A stretch of DNA of 64,000 nt, from contig NC_135825.1 in assembly GCF_964213995.1 (NCBI RefSeq), positions 18,352,001 through 18,416,000 of the forward strand, given 5' to 3'. The notes beneath the pieces are model-generated. The model was not told the origin of the DNA. It did no database searches and was given only the letters and a program-made list of their open reading frames with translations. Positions 62,608 to 64,000 of this stretch are shown piece after piece. Position 1 is the first letter of the stretch. Every line of letters starts with the position of its first letter. The DNA comes from Mustelus asterias (lineage: Eukaryota). Position numbers and translations under genes: made by a program.

Positions 62608-62960
62608 CTTGCAGCTGGTGTGCTGTGAGCATCAACTCTCTCTTTTATGCACTGAGTTTATCATTACTACTAAATAATTACATCTGTCAATACCTTTATC
62701 GCTGCAAAAGGATTAGCCATTATGGAAAAATAACAGTTCTTATCTTATCTTCATAATATTATTTCACCTTCTCATGAGTAACAATTTTTCTCCTTTACAA
62801 TGTCATCTAGATTGTCGATCTTTATTGTAACGCCAAACTTATTCTTGCAACTGGAAACAAGTCAGGAAATTGGTGGGGAGGATTGAGGGTCCCATGTTCT
62901 GTTAATGTGGGATCAGGAAGAGCGGGGATCCTAGATGCTTCAGCTCCATGGAGCTTCTGT
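62608..62960 (-). promoter_or_regulatory. Gene C 5'UTR and proximal promoter: CATAAAA 62649-62643, GATA motifs 62658-62663 and 62740-62750
   Basis: Homologous to promoters of genes A and B. Confidence 0.65.
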
Positions 62961-63322
62961 TGGTCAGCGTTAGTAACTTCAGCACAGTAACTTCATTACA
63001 GTGTTAACGTAAACTTACTTGTGACTAATAAATAAACTTTTCATGTTGAACTGTGTGCAAGACAAGCAGAATTTTAATTTAAATATCTTATTTCTGCCTT
63101 TCGATGTTCCTGACATGAGCTTTTGACATTAACCAATATTACAAAGGGTGCACTTTCAACCAGAACATTGTAGTTTGGACATTAACAGTGTCAGACTGGT
63201 GATGTCACTGAGGCAGTAACCCAGAAGCCTGAGTTAATGCTCTGGGATAGGAATTAAAATCCCACCATACTAGTTGGTTACATTTAATTCATGAATTTGC
63301 AATATAAAGATAGCTTCACTAA

Positions 63323-63668
63323 TGGGCGGTACACAATGGTTAACACTGCTGCCTCACAATGCCAAAGATCTGGGTTCGCTTCCAACCTAAGGTGACTGTC
63401 CAAATGGAGTTTGCACGTTCTCCCCATGTCTGCGTGGGTTTCCTCCGGGTGCCCTGATTTCCTCCCACACTCCAAAGATGTGCAGGTTCGGTGGATTGGC
63501 CATGCGAAACTGTCCCTTAGTGTCCAAAGGTGTGCAGGTTAGGATTAGTGGGGTGGTTGTGTGGGGTTACGGGAATAGGGTGTGGGGCTGAGGTGGGATG
63601 CTCTGTCAGAGAACTGGTGGAGACTCAATGGACTGAATGGCCTCATTCTGCACCATATGGATTCTATG
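63323..63668 (+). mobile_element. HE1-type SINE nested in an older SINE
   Basis: Same consensus; absent at the matching site near 27150. Confidence 0.88.
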
Positions 63669-64000
63669 AATGGTGACCATGGCACTCTGATTGATTGTTG
63701 TAAAAACCCATCTGGTTCACTAATCTCCTTCCATGGGGCGTAATCTCCCATCTTTCCATGATCTGGATGACATGTGACCGCAGACCCACAGTGAAGCAGT
63801 TGACTCTTAAATGTCCGGGTCAATGGCCAATTAGGAATGGGCAAGAAATGATGGCCTTGCCACTGATGTCCACATCCCATGAAACAATAAAGAAAAACAA
63901 TGCTTCCTGCCTCACATGCTGGGGGCATTGTAGGCCTTGACTTTTGTGAATGAATCGTTGTAATGCCACTGACGTCTGAGGCTGGAGTTTCCTCGAAATT

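Overview
Vertebrate genomic DNA, almost certainly a shark or other elasmobranch (many HE1-type V-SINEs and CR1 LINEs with TTCTATG-type tails). It holds a head-to-tail minus-strand array of secreted GH18 chitinase genes of the acidic chitinase (CHIA/AMCase) type: gene A (promoter and exon 1 only, ATG 527), gene B (11 coding exons, 25579-5592, 480 aa) and gene C (11 coding exons, 62607-32799, 460 aa). I traced the exons by hand from GT/AG boundaries and they join in frame. B and C keep the DxDxE catalytic motif and a CBM14 domain. Both have a remodelled substrate cleft: a shared 5-aa deletion after the catalytic Glu, loss of the EWND Trp, and differences between paralogues concentrated in cleft loops. 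Both show a predicted intron inside the 3'UTR. Exons 4-7 of gene C occur twice as a 6.4 kb near-identical block flanking an N gap, probably two haplotypes differing by a CR1 insertion. The rest is transposon-rich intronic and intergenic DNA. I see no unrelated new system; the best candidate is the diversifying chitinase subfamily.
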